Shown here piece by piece: positions 54,787-63,558 of a DNA stretch of 64,000 nucleotides. The stretch comes from a bacterium. Lineage in GTDB: Bacteria > Patescibacteriota > Minisyncoccia > UBA6257 > 2-01-FULL-56-20. The translations under genes and the position numbers were made by a program. Every line of letters starts with the position of its first letter. Within the stretch, counting starts at the first letter, position 1. The notes beneath the pieces are model-generated. The model did not search any database. It saw only the letters and a program-made list of their open reading frames with translations, and was not told the origin of the DNA. The stretch covers positions 1,603-65,602 of the forward strand of contig JAJXZE010000001.1 in NCBI GenBank assembly GCA_021780195.1. Direction: 5' to 3'.

Positions 54787-55707
54787 CTATATTGTATACC
54801 CCACGCCGGCCTCTTTTATCAAATCCTTCGCGAGAAGGAAGCCGATGGCGCGCGCCGCGTCCCGCGTTCCGAGGCCGGTCGCGGCGGCGATCCGCTCCGC
54901 GTCCTGCGGCGCCGGGTGCGCGCGGAGCGCCCGTAAAACAAGGACTTCCTGGGGCGTGGCGTCCGCGGGGATCGTGTCCGCATTCCCGCGGACGGCGAGT
55001 CCGTATTCCTCAAGAATGTCGTGTGCCGCGGTGACGAGTGTGGCCCCTTGACGGATCAGCGCATGGGATCCCGCGAAATGGTCGTGCGCGATCGATCCGG
55101 GCACCGCGAAGACGTCGCGGTTCGCAAGCGCCGCTTGCCGGGCGGTCGTGAGCGCGCCGGAGTGTGGCGGCGCTTCAACGATGAGCGTGCCGCGCGCGAG
55201 GCCGCTGATGATCCTGTTTCTTTCAATGAAGCGGGACGGGTACGGGGCCGCTCCGGGCGGGTATTCCGAAACGAGTCCGCCACCCGTGGCGAGGATGCGT
55301 TCCGCGAGGCGCGCGTGATTTCGCGGATACACGCCGTCGAGTCCTCCCGCGAGCACCGCGATCGTTTTCCCGCCCGCGGCGAGACATCCTTCGTGCGCCG
55401 CCGCGTCGATGCCGAAGGCGAGGCCGCTCACGATCGTGCATCCTGCGGCGGCGAGCTCGCGCGCGAAACGGTGGGCGATCGTTTTCCCTTCCGGACTCGC
55501 GCGGCGGGTGCCCACAATCGCGATTGCAATTGCGGCTGCGGTTGTGCGGGGCGACGGCACTGCCGGAACGATGGGCACGGAAATCGCGGAAAGGGAGCCG
55601 CGGACATGAATGCCCTGCGGCGGACGCGGGATCTCGCGGAGGAGCGGGGGATAGCGGGGATCGTTCCTGAGGATGAGGGAGATGGCGTCGACGGCGGGGT
55701 TCGGCAT
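54787..55707 (-). CDS. dprA: DNA-processing protein DprA (Smf)
   Basis: IAIVGTRRASPEGKTIAHRFARELAAAGCTIVSGLAFGIDAAAHEGCL ... GLDGVYP ... Rossmann-like DprA core; start taken at MPNPAVDAISLIL. Confidence 0.8.
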   Translation of the reverse strand: MPNPAVDAISLILRNDPRYPPLLREIPRPPQGIHVRGSLSAISVPIVPAVPSPRTTAAAIAIAIVGTRRASPEGKTIAHRFARELAAAGCTIVSGLAFGIDAAAHEGCLAAGGKTIAVLAGGLDGVYPRNHARLAERILATGGGLVSEYPPGAAPYPSRFIERNRIISGLARGTLIVEAPPHSGALTTARQAALANRDVFAVPGSIAHDHFAGSHALIRQGATLVTAAHDILEEYGLAVRGNADTIPADATPQEVLVLRALRAHPAPQDAERIAAATGLGTRDAARAIGFLLAKDLIKEAGVGYTI

Positions 55708-55797
55708 GGTTCCAAGCTTTGCCGCGGGCGCGCAAAAAGTAAAGCGCGCGTTAATCTTTTTATAATGGCGGCGGAATGATAGAATGAAGGCATCCTC

Positions 55798-56325
55798 ATG
55801 GAAGGCCTCAAGAGACAGCTCGTGATCGGTTTCGGCGTTATCGGCGGATCGGCGGCCGTCGCCCTTGTCGCGCTCTATTTTCTCGCGGGTAGCATGACGG
55901 CGCAGGCCGACAAGACCACGGCCGACCAGTCTTCGATCGCGGAGGAGACGGCCATGGTGAGCGTACTCGCGCGCCTCAAAAGCAGCGCGCCGGAGGCCGC
56001 GGCATATTCCGCCGCGCTTACGAAACTCCTTCCGACGCACGACAATCTGATCGGGTTTTCCCCGTGGCTTTCCGCGATCGCCAAGACGCACAATGTGTCG
56101 GTGTCGGTCGCGTTCCAGGGCGGCGCCGCGGCGGCGACCGACGCCGCGCCCGGGAGCGACGGCTTCTCAATGACGGCGAACGGGGCTGCCGCGGACCTGA
56201 CCGCATTCCTGACGGACATCGAAACCGAAGCGCCCGGATTTCTCCTCTCCATCGATTCTTTTGACCTCTCAAATGACGGCGCGTCGTACCGATTGTCGGC
56301 GCAAGGAAGGGTATTTTCGCAATAA
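55798..56325 (+). CDS. hypothetical membrane-anchored protein (possible pilus/competence assembly component)
   Basis: N-terminal TM, periplasmic Ala-rich domain; adjacent to dprA; no definitive motif. Confidence 0.35.
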   Translation: MEGLKRQLVIGFGVIGGSAAVALVALYFLAGSMTAQADKTTADQSSIAEETAMVSVLARLKSSAPEAAAYSAALTKLLPTHDNLIGFSPWLSAIAKTHNVSVSVAFQGGAAAATDAAPGSDGFSMTANGAAADLTAFLTDIETEAPGFLLSIDSFDLSNDGASYRLSAQGRVFSQ

Positions 56326-56331
56326 CGCATC

Positions 56332-56553
56332 ATGAAAAAGACCTTCCGCCAATATCCGGAAACCATGCTGATCATCCTTGCGGTGGTATTCCTCGCCGCG
56401 ATCATCGGCGTTTTCAGCTGGGGAATCGGGGTGGTGGTCGTGCAGGTGAACCGCGTCGAAGGTGCGGCGCAGCCGACGGCGAACCATATTGATTTCAATC
56501 TGTCCGGAGCGAAGGCGCTCGATCTGCGGGGGCTTGTCAAAACCCAGCCGTAG
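56332..56553 (+). CDS. hypothetical small membrane protein
   Basis: 73 aa, single TM (MLIILAVVFLAAIIGVFSWGIGVVVV). Confidence 0.3.
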   Translation: MKKTFRQYPETMLIILAVVFLAAIIGVFSWGIGVVVVQVNRVEGAAQPTANHIDFNLSGAKALDLRGLVKTQP

Positions 56554-56576
56554 GCCTTATCATTGACCGTGTTCCC

Positions 56577-56651
56577 GCGTCCTTAGCTCAGTGGTAGAGC
56601 GCTACAATGACACTGTAGAGGCCGGAGGTCCGATCCCTCCAGGACGCACCA
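56577..56651 (+). tRNA. tRNA-Val (anticodon GAC), CCA encoded
   Basis: GCGTCCT TA GCTC-AGTGGTA-GAGC G CTACA-ATGACAC-TGTAG AGGCC GGAGG-TCCGATC-CCTCC AGGACGC A CCA. Confidence 0.85.
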
Positions 56652-56787
56652 CGGCGAAGGCGCGCTCCTCGGCGGACGCGGTTCGCGCGTGCTCGCGCGG
56701 CCGCTCGCTCTCGGCGTTGCCGACCTCCTCGTTTTTATCGTTCTCCGGGACGCCTCCGAGATGCCGCCGAGGAGCACGCCTTCGCCG
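56652..56787. repeat. 136-bp element bounded by 24-bp inverted repeats (23/24 complementary) between tRNA-Val and tRNA-Ile; either a MITE-like insertion or an RNA processing stem
   Basis: cggcgaaggcgcgctcctcggcgg (56652..56675) pairs with ccgccgaggagcacgccttcgccg (56764..56787). Confidence 0.5.
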
Positions 56788-56860
56788 TGGTGTTTCGCGC
56801 GAGGATTGGTCCCTCCTTGCGATTTGCGATGCAGTGGTGTAAAAAAGAATAGTATTTTAG

Positions 56861-56932
56861 GCGCATGTAGTTCAGTGGTAGAACGCGTTCCTGATAAGAA
56901 CGAGGTCGAAGGTTCGATTCCTTCCATGCGCA
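56861..56932 (+). tRNA. tRNA-Ile (anticodon GAT)
   Basis: GCGCATG TA GTTC-AGTGGTA-GAAC G CGTTC-CTGATAA-GAACG AGGTC GAAGG-TTCGATT-CCTTC CATGCGC A. Confidence 0.85.
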
Positions 56933-56947
56933 CATATAAATTTCGTG

Positions 56948-56993
56948 TTTGACGCGTTATCCGTGTTGATATAATATGAACACATGTTCATAT
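56948..56993 (+). promoter_or_regulatory. promoter (TTTGAC, 16 nt, TATAAT) plus 9-2-9 inverted repeat ATATGAACA-ca-TGTTCATAT overlapping the arsR start (candidate ArsR/SmtB 12-2-12-type operator)
   Basis: tttgacgcgttatccgtgttgatataatatgaacacatgttcatat; the palindrome arms match the TGAA..TTCA type seen in CzrA/SmtB operators. Confidence 0.5.
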
Positions 56994-57304
56994 ATAAGCG
57001 GTGCGTCTGCAGGGTGGAACCCCACGACAAGATCGACCTCGCCGAGTTCAGTGGAATCGCGGAGCAAATGAAGTTCCTCTCGACGCCGAGCCGGATCGCC
57101 ATCCTTTCGCTTCTCTATAAGGCACCGCACTGCGTCTGCGATCTTGAAACGCATACCGGTTTGTCGCAAACGCTCCTTTCCCATCATTTGAAGGATCTTG
57201 CGAAAGGGGGATTGGTGGCGAGCGCAAAAGAAAAAACATTTGTGGAATATCGATTGACTACGAAGGGCCGAAAACTGGTGCGGATGATAGGGCAAATCAA
57301 GTGA
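56984..57304 (+). CDS. arsR: ArsR/SmtB-family transcriptional regulator
   Basis: PSRIAILSLLYKAPHCVCDLETHTGLSQTLLSHHLKDLAKGGLV (wHTH with CVC metal-sensing motif). Confidence 0.75.
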   Translation: MFIYKRCVCRVEPHDKIDLAEFSGIAEQMKFLSTPSRIAILSLLYKAPHCVCDLETHTGLSQTLLSHHLKDLAKGGLVASAKEKTFVEYRLTTKGRKLVRMIGQIK

Positions 57305-58512
57305 AAATAGGACCCATGCCTTCCAAAAAGTCATTTTCGACCCTCATGAAAAGCGCTTTTTATATTGGCGTCATCGGGTATGGCGGCCCGGCGATCCTGG
57401 CGCAAATGAAGCGGATATTCGTCAACGAACATGGATATCTGTCGGAACGGGAATTTATGGACGGCCTGGGGCTCGCGCAGGTCCTCCCGGGCTCGCAGGG
57501 CACAAGTATGATGACCTATGTCGGATACAAGCTCTACCGTTTTTGGGGAGGCGTTGTTGTTCCTTTTGTCTTTATTGCCCCGTCCATCGCGCTGATCATT
57601 TTCCTTTCATGGGCGTACTTCAGCTTCGGCAATATTCATGCGGTGAAGTCCGTTTTTATGGGACTCGGCGCGGTCGTGGTTGCACTGCTTCTTGACGCTA
57701 CCTTCAAACTCGGAAAAACCGTCTTTAAGGATCTTGACCGAAACGATCTTAAGGGAGCGCTCATTGCCGCCGGTGCATTCATCGCCGTCTTCTTCTTCAA
57801 TATGAACGCGATTTATATTATTTTACTCTCCGCGCTTCTTGGTTTCGTTTTTTATTTCTCTACCAAAGAATTTGCATCGGAAAAAATGCCGTCCAGAGCC
57901 GCTTCCGGTAATCCCGTCGTGAGGCTGCGGTTCAAGAAGAAAGATTTTCTGCCGATCGGGCTTTTGCTGATAGCCATCTCGTCCGTTTTTTTCTTCCCTC
58001 TCTTCGAAAAGATATTCACCACGTTCTTTCAGGTCGGTGTTTTCACGTTCGGCGGCGGTTACACGGCAGTAGCTTTGATCCAGCGGCTCACGGTGGATGG
58101 TATGCACTGGATCACTCTTCCGCAATTTCGGGATGGCATCGCGCTCGGACAGATAACGCCGGGACCAGTGCTGGAAACCGCGACATTCATCGGGTATCAC
58201 GTTGCCGGGATCGCCGGCGCCCTTGTCGCAACCTCCGCTATTTTTTTGCCTTCCGTGCTCGCCATGCTCCTCGTGATTGATATGCATGAAAAGGTGAGGA
58301 ATCTGAAGCTCGTGAAGGTGCTGATCAAAGGTATCCTTTCCGGCTTTATCGGGTTGCTCGTCGCCGTCACGCTGCAATTTGCGACGAAATCACTCCTTGA
58401 TTGGCAGACCTGGGCGATCTTCCTTGCCGCGGTTGCGTTTATTTCCTATTTCAAAAAAGAGCCGATCTGGGCGATTGTGGGCGGCGTTGCGGTATCATTT
58501 TTCATATTCTGA
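57301..58512 (+). CDS. chrA: chromate efflux transporter ChrA
   Basis: Tandem CHR domains: GYGGPAILAQMKRIFVNEHGYLSEREFMDGLGLAQVLPGSQGTSMMTYVGY and TFGGGYTAVALIQRLTVDGMHWITLPQFRDGIALGQITPGPVLETATFIGY. Confidence 0.85.
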   Translation: MKIGPMPSKKSFSTLMKSAFYIGVIGYGGPAILAQMKRIFVNEHGYLSEREFMDGLGLAQVLPGSQGTSMMTYVGYKLYRFWGGVVVPFVFIAPSIALIIFLSWAYFSFGNIHAVKSVFMGLGAVVVALLLDATFKLGKTVFKDLDRNDLKGALIAAGAFIAVFFFNMNAIYIILLSALLGFVFYFSTKEFASEKMPSRAASGNPVVRLRFKKKDFLPIGLLLIAISSVFFFPLFEKIFTTFFQVGVFTFGGGYTAVALIQRLTVDGMHWITLPQFRDGIALGQITPGPVLETATFIGYHVAGIAGALVATSAIFLPSVLAMLLVIDMHEKVRNLKLVKVLIKGILSGFIGLLVAVTLQFATKSLLDWQTWAIFLAAVAFISYFKKEPIWAIVGGVAVSFFIF

Positions 58513-58611
58513 CCATGACGAGGAAAGCAAAACATATTTTCATCCGTATACCACCATAATCGGCCGGGAATTCGACGGCGGTCTCTTCGAAATAAATTTT
58601 AAAAAATTACC

Positions 58612-59220
58612 ATGATAAATAGCAAAGAGTATTACGAAGCAGGACTCGCGTTCCACGGGCACAAATGTCCCGCCATGCCGCTCGGTTTGCGGACGGGCGA
58701 AGCGGCCATGAACACATTGGGCGTTTCCCGCGCGAAGGACGGCGAGCTTGTCGCCATCCTTGAGCTCGGAGAAAATCATTGCGCGACATGCTTTGCGGAC
58801 GGCGTGCAGATGATCACGGGCTGTACATTCGGAAAGGGCAATATCTCCAAAACAAACCAGGGGAAATGGGGACTCACGCTCATTAACAAGAAATCCGGTA
58901 AAGCGGTGCGGGTCGTGCCGAAGACGGAAATAATGATGGCGAGCAAGCAGTCAGATTTTATGCAAAAATACCGCTCCAAAGGAGTGCCGGCGAGCGAGGT
59001 GCCCGAAGAGGTCGTTGCGCCGCTCATTAAAAAGGTGATGGAGGCGCCCTGCGATATTCTCGTCACGGTTGGTCCGGTGGTGACATACGACCTTAAAGAA
59101 TCGAAGCATAGCTATAACGGGTTTGCCTGTGAGGAATGCGGCGAAATGACCGTTATGGAATATGGAAGGATCAAGGGGGACAAAAAGGTCTGCATGGCGT
59201 GCGCGGATAAAGTGTTATAA
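58612..59220 (+). CDS. FmdE-family protein (formylmethanofuran dehydrogenase subunit E-like, C-terminal zinc ribbon)
   Basis: FHGHKCPAMPLGLRTGEAAMN FmdE motif and C-terminal CEECGEM...CMACADK. Confidence 0.65.
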   Translation: MINSKEYYEAGLAFHGHKCPAMPLGLRTGEAAMNTLGVSRAKDGELVAILELGENHCATCFADGVQMITGCTFGKGNISKTNQGKWGLTLINKKSGKAVRVVPKTEIMMASKQSDFMQKYRSKGVPASEVPEEVVAPLIKKVMEAPCDILVTVGPVVTYDLKESKHSYNGFACEECGEMTVMEYGRIKGDKKVCMACADKVL

Positions 59221-59227
59221 TCTTCAT

Positions 59228-59752
59228 ATGTTCCGCCGGAATTTGCCCTTGGTATTCGGCATGGGAATTCCCGCGCTCCTGATTCTTTTCGTGGCGGGGA
59301 GTATTTATCTTCCCGGCCTTTTTGGGCCGAAGCCGCACTACGGCTTCCTGTATGCCACGGGCGCCTGGTACGGTGAACCGTATTACGTGGCGGACGGGCA
59401 TGTCGCGGAACGCGACGCGAGTTCCACGGTGGCCGGGGCCGCCGCTCCCGTCCCGTACCCAAAGATGAACCCCCAGCTTTTCGTCTATGATCCCGTGGTT
59501 GATGCGAACCGCGCGATCTCCCTCGAGGACGCCGCGAAGTTTTCGCTTGATGTGAGTGCGGAATCTCCCGATGGCTTCACGGTTGTCCAGGGGAACGGCG
59601 GCGGGGGATTCTTCCCGTTCTTTTACCGTGCGGAGGATTATCAAACGCGTTATCTCGTGGGTCACGGGGTGAGCCGGAAGCTCGACCTTCAGGGAGTGAG
59701 CGCCCCGTATTCCTACGGCAACTTCCTTTTTCTCGGATGGATATCCCAATAA
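59228..59752 (+). CDS. hypothetical membrane-anchored protein
   Basis: N-terminal TM (LPLVFGMGIPALLILFVAGSIYL), Tyr/Gly-rich soluble part; no motif. Confidence 0.35.
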   Translation: MFRRNLPLVFGMGIPALLILFVAGSIYLPGLFGPKPHYGFLYATGAWYGEPYYVADGHVAERDASSTVAGAAAPVPYPKMNPQLFVYDPVVDANRAISLEDAAKFSLDVSAESPDGFTVVQGNGGGGFFPFFYRAEDYQTRYLVGHGVSRKLDLQGVSAPYSYGNFLFLGWISQ

Positions 59753-59761
59753 AATAATTCC

Positions 59762-60778
59762 ATGAACAAGGAAGATCTGCTTCGGGAGGTGAAGGACGCC
59801 GCTTCTGCACGGTCGGTTTCGCGCGGGGAGGTGATTGCGGCGTACGACGCCGGTGCCGCGGGTGACGCCGGTGCCGCGGAGGATGCGGCGCTTACGAAGC
59901 ATCTCGGCATCGCGGAGATACTCTATTATGTCGGCGGCGCCATCGTGTTTTTCGGCGTCGCCATCCTCGTTTTCCAGAATTGGGACGCCCTTTCCCCGTT
60001 CTCGCGCGCGGCGGTGACGCTCGGCACGACCCTCGCCGCGTACGTGCTCGGCCTTGTCTTCGGGCGGGAAAAACGGCTCGGATCGCTCGGTTCCGCGCTC
60101 CATCTTGTCGCGGCGCTCGTCATGCCGGTCGCCCTGTACGTTCTTTTTGATGCCGCGGGTTTCGACACGGGGAACGCGGGAGTACAGACGCTCATGTCCC
60201 TTGCCGCATTCGGTTTCTTCCTCCTGTCGTACCTCGCGTTCCGAAAAAACATCTTCGTGCTGTGGAGCATTTTCTTCGGCACGTGGCTCTTCTTCGCGCT
60301 GACGGGCTTCATGGTCGGCGGGAACCCGATCTTTGGGTGGCAGTTCGCGGCGTACCGGGCGCTCGCCGCGGGCGCGAGCTACCTTCTTTTCGGCTGGGGT
60401 TTCTCGCGCGGGACGCACGCCCCGCTCTCGGGATTCCTCTACGGATTCGGCATCCTCGGATTCCTCGGCGCCGCGTTCGCGCTCGGCGGATGGTTCCCTT
60501 CGCAGAATATTTTCTGGGAACTCGTCTTTCCAGGACTCGCGCTCGCCTCGCTCTTCGCCGGGATCCCTCTCCGGAGCAGGGCATTCCTGACCTTCGGCGC
60601 GCTGTATCTTGCGGCCTACATCATGAAGATCACTTCGGAATATTTCGCGAGCGGGTTCGGCTGGCCGCTCGCGCTCGTGCTTGCGGGCCTCATGCTCATC
60701 GCGGTCGGATATCTATACGTCCATCTGAAGACGCGGTACGCGGCGCCACGCCCGCCTGCATCGTCCGGCGCGATTTAA
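59762..60778 (+). CDS. hypothetical polytopic membrane protein
   Basis: 338 aa, about 10 TM helices, short charged N-terminus; no motif. Confidence 0.45.
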   Translation: MNKEDLLREVKDAASARSVSRGEVIAAYDAGAAGDAGAAEDAALTKHLGIAEILYYVGGAIVFFGVAILVFQNWDALSPFSRAAVTLGTTLAAYVLGLVFGREKRLGSLGSALHLVAALVMPVALYVLFDAAGFDTGNAGVQTLMSLAAFGFFLLSYLAFRKNIFVLWSIFFGTWLFFALTGFMVGGNPIFGWQFAAYRALAAGASYLLFGWGFSRGTHAPLSGFLYGFGILGFLGAAFALGGWFPSQNIFWELVFPGLALASLFAGIPLRSRAFLTFGALYLAAYIMKITSEYFASGFGWPLALVLAGLMLIAVGYLYVHLKTRYAAPRPPASSGAI

Positions 60779-60802
60779 CGGAGTTTTAATGGGTGATGAG
60801 GT

Positions 60803-63247
60803 ATGATGGCGCAAATGAAACGCGCCATTTTTCTTTCCCCTGTTTTCATTTCCGCCGCCGCCGCCGTTGCCGTGCTTGGCGCGTCCGCCGCGGCGCCGCA
60901 GGCGGCGCATGCCGAGGAGGTTGCCATCACCGACTTCGCGGCCGTTTACGGCATCGGAACCGTGCCGAACCCGTGCCAGGGCGACGGCACGCTCTTCGCG
61001 TGCGCGCTCGCGCCCTCGTTCTTCGCCTATCACGCGAGTTCCGGATTCGCGATCAGAAAAATAACGTTCGACTGGGTGAACGGCGGCGGCAACAACTGCG
61101 CGGGCTACGGCCACTATGGGGCGATCATCTCGTCGGAGGCGTCGAAGGAGGGCGTGATCGCCACCTCGTCGAACACGGCATATCTCGGCTGTGCGGGCTA
61201 CAGCAACGGTACGCGCGGCTCCGCGGCGCTCATCTTCGACGGACAATCCGTGCCCGAAACGTTCTACCTCACCTTCGGCGCGTTCGACAACATGGTGCAG
61301 GGCGGGTCGGAGATCACGGTGCGCGGTGTTGTGATCGAGGGTGAGACCGCGGCGGCGACGCCGGTGATCACGCCGGTCGTCATCGTTCCGGGTATCATGG
61401 GATCGAAGCTCGCGCGCGTTTCGGACGGCACTGAGACGTGGCCGAACGCCCAGGAGATGGCGAATTCGAATTCGGACGCATATCTTGACGCGCTCGCCCT
61501 GCCGGGCATTCCCATGACGGCGCCCGACCTCGTGCGCACGGCCGCCGGGACGTACGACAAGGTGCTTGGGATACCGATCCCGTTTTCGCGTCCGGTCTAC
61601 GAGCCGCTGATCACCGGGCTTACGGCCGCGGGATATAAGGAAGGGGAAACGCTTTTTGTCGCGCCGTATGATTGGCGGTTTTCCGCGGCGGACGCGGCCT
61701 CGCGGGTGGGGGATGCGGTGCGCGCCGCCGCCGCGCACTCAGCGGACGGGAAGGTCGATATCATTGCGCACAGTATGGGCGGGCTTGCCGTGAAGGCGTA
61801 TCTCGCGGGCGCGGGCGGAGGTGTCGCCGCGGGCGGCGGCGCGCCCGTGCGCAAAGTGATCCTCGCGGGCGTACCCCAGCTCGGCGCGCCCCTCATGCTG
61901 AAGGCGCTCCAGTACGGCGACGATCTTGGCTTCCGCTTCGGGCCGCTCCAGTTCCTGAACCCGGAAGAAGTAAAAAAGATCGCGCAGGATATGCCGGGCG
62001 TCTATGAACTTTTGCCCTCCCGTCGCTACGTGGACATCGAAGGCGGGTATCTTATCGACGCGGTGCGGGGCGGCAGTACGGCGCCGCTCGGGTTCGATGC
62101 AACCGCCGCCTATCTTACGGAAGATCCGGACGATGCGCGTTCCGCGACGCTCCTTTCCGCGGCGGATAATTTCCACGCTTCGCTTGATGCGGTGCCGCTC
62201 ATGGCCGGTTCCGCCGCGGTGTACAACCTTGTGGGGTGCGGCGTGCCGACCGTGAAGGGATTTGTCGCCGGAGAGGACGGGAGGGTGGATCTCCTGCGCG
62301 GCAACGGCGATGGCACCGTTCCCGTGACGTCGGCGATGAACTTCGCGGACGGCTATGAGAATTATTTCGTCATCGGATCCGTGAACGGCGTCGACCATGC
62401 GGGCCTCGCGCGCGACGGCGCTCCGCTCTCGCTGATTCGCGCGATCCTCGGCGACGCGACCGCGACGCTCGACCTTGTGCCGCTCGGTGTTTCCCGCAAG
62501 ACGCAGGACTGCTTCGAGGGCCGCGTGAGCGCGCCGGACGGGACGACCGAGGCCGCCGGCGCGGGAGTGAGGGAGATCTCAGTGCACAGTTCGGCTCCCG
62601 TCGAAGTCGGCGTGAAAGACGGGAATGGCGGGGAGGCCGCGTCGAGCACGTACGACGCCGTGGGCAACAACTATTTCATCACCGTGCCGGAGGACGGCAG
62701 TTTCACGCTCGAAATAGGCGGCGGGTCGTCGAGCACCGTGACGGTCGAAGTCACGGGACGCGACGGCAAGGCGTCGGTGACGAACGAAGTGACGTACGTG
62801 CAGGTGGTGCTCGGAGAGGGGTCTTCGACCGCGCGCCTCTATCTCGGCGGCGGGGGAGGTTCGTCCGGCGATCTCGCGATCGACGATGACGGCGACGGCG
62901 CGCCCGACCGCGACGTGCCGCCGACCGCCGTGCTCGATGCCGCCGCCGCCACAGACTTCGAGCCGCCCGCGCTCACCGTATCTGATCTTCCGTTAAGCGT
63001 AACGGCCGGCGCGACCACCACCCTCGTGTTTTCGTGGAGCGATGCGGGGTCGGGGCTCGCGTCCTCGTCCGCCACGATGAACGGCGCGCGCATTGTCTCG
63101 GGCGGGACGCTTGTTTTCGGGACGCCGGGCATCTCGGTGGTACGGCTTTTTTCCGAGGACAAGGCGGGGAATTCTCGGACGTTCGTCCGCGAAATATACG
63201 TCCGCCCCGCCGCCTGCCGGAGGAGCGATGGTACAATAATAAGATGA
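60803..63247 (+). CDS. large secreted alpha/beta-hydrolase (lipase/esterase, LCAT/PGAP1-like) with beta-rich C-terminal domains
   Basis: Signal peptide MMAQMKRAIFLSPVFISAAAAVAVLGASAAAPQAAHA; nucleophile elbow IIAHSMGGLAVKAYL (GHSxG-type); 814 aa. Confidence 0.55.
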   Translation: MMAQMKRAIFLSPVFISAAAAVAVLGASAAAPQAAHAEEVAITDFAAVYGIGTVPNPCQGDGTLFACALAPSFFAYHASSGFAIRKITFDWVNGGGNNCAGYGHYGAIISSEASKEGVIATSSNTAYLGCAGYSNGTRGSAALIFDGQSVPETFYLTFGAFDNMVQGGSEITVRGVVIEGETAAATPVITPVVIVPGIMGSKLARVSDGTETWPNAQEMANSNSDAYLDALALPGIPMTAPDLVRTAAGTYDKVLGIPIPFSRPVYEPLITGLTAAGYKEGETLFVAPYDWRFSAADAASRVGDAVRAAAAHSADGKVDIIAHSMGGLAVKAYLAGAGGGVAAGGGAPVRKVILAGVPQLGAPLMLKALQYGDDLGFRFGPLQFLNPEEVKKIAQDMPGVYELLPSRRYVDIEGGYLIDAVRGGSTAPLGFDATAAYLTEDPDDARSATLLSAADNFHASLDAVPLMAGSAAVYNLVGCGVPTVKGFVAGEDGRVDLLRGNGDGTVPVTSAMNFADGYENYFVIGSVNGVDHAGLARDGAPLSLIRAILGDATATLDLVPLGVSRKTQDCFEGRVSAPDGTTEAAGAGVREISVHSSAPVEVGVKDGNGGEAASSTYDAVGNNYFITVPEDGSFTLEIGGGSSSTVTVEVTGRDGKASVTNEVTYVQVVLGEGSSTARLYLGGGGGSSGDLAIDDDGDGAPDRDVPPTAVLDAAAATDFEPPALTVSDLPLSVTAGATTTLVFSWSDAGSGLASSSATMNGARIVSGGTLVFGTPGISVVRLFSEDKAGNSRTFVREIYVRPAACRRSDGTIIR

Positions 63248-63555
63248 ACATGATCGGGGCGTTTGCGGTCGGGGTTGCGGGAGGCGTGGCGGCGTCCCTG
63301 GCCTACGCTTTTCTTCCCGCGGATCCGGGCGGCGGGCTGGTTCTTTTCTCATGGGCGGCGGCATTTCCGGTATTCGCCGCAGGAACCGCCTTAGCCGCAT
63401 TCGCCCGATCACGCGCGGGCACCGCCCGCACCGCGTCGTCGCCGCGCGCGTTCCTCGGATCGTTCGCACTTTTTTCACTCGGCGTGCTGGGCGGCGATCT
63501 TCTTTTCGCGTTATATTTTGCCTTTGGGCTCTCCTCGATGAGTCCTTCATTCTGA
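63244..63555 (+). CDS. hypothetical small membrane protein
   Basis: 103 aa, 3-4 TM, Ala/Gly-rich; start overlaps the lipase stop (ATGA). Confidence 0.3.
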   Translation: MNMIGAFAVGVAGGVAASLAYAFLPADPGGGLVLFSWAAAFPVFAAGTALAAFARSRAGTARTASSPRAFLGSFALFSLGVLGGDLLFALYFAFGLSSMSPSF

Positions 63556-63558
63556 TCC

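Noticed and set aside
56591-56842. 83-aa ORF overlapping tRNA-Val and the inverted-repeat element
   Set aside because: It overlaps a confidently folded tRNA and is an Arg/Ala-rich GC artefact.
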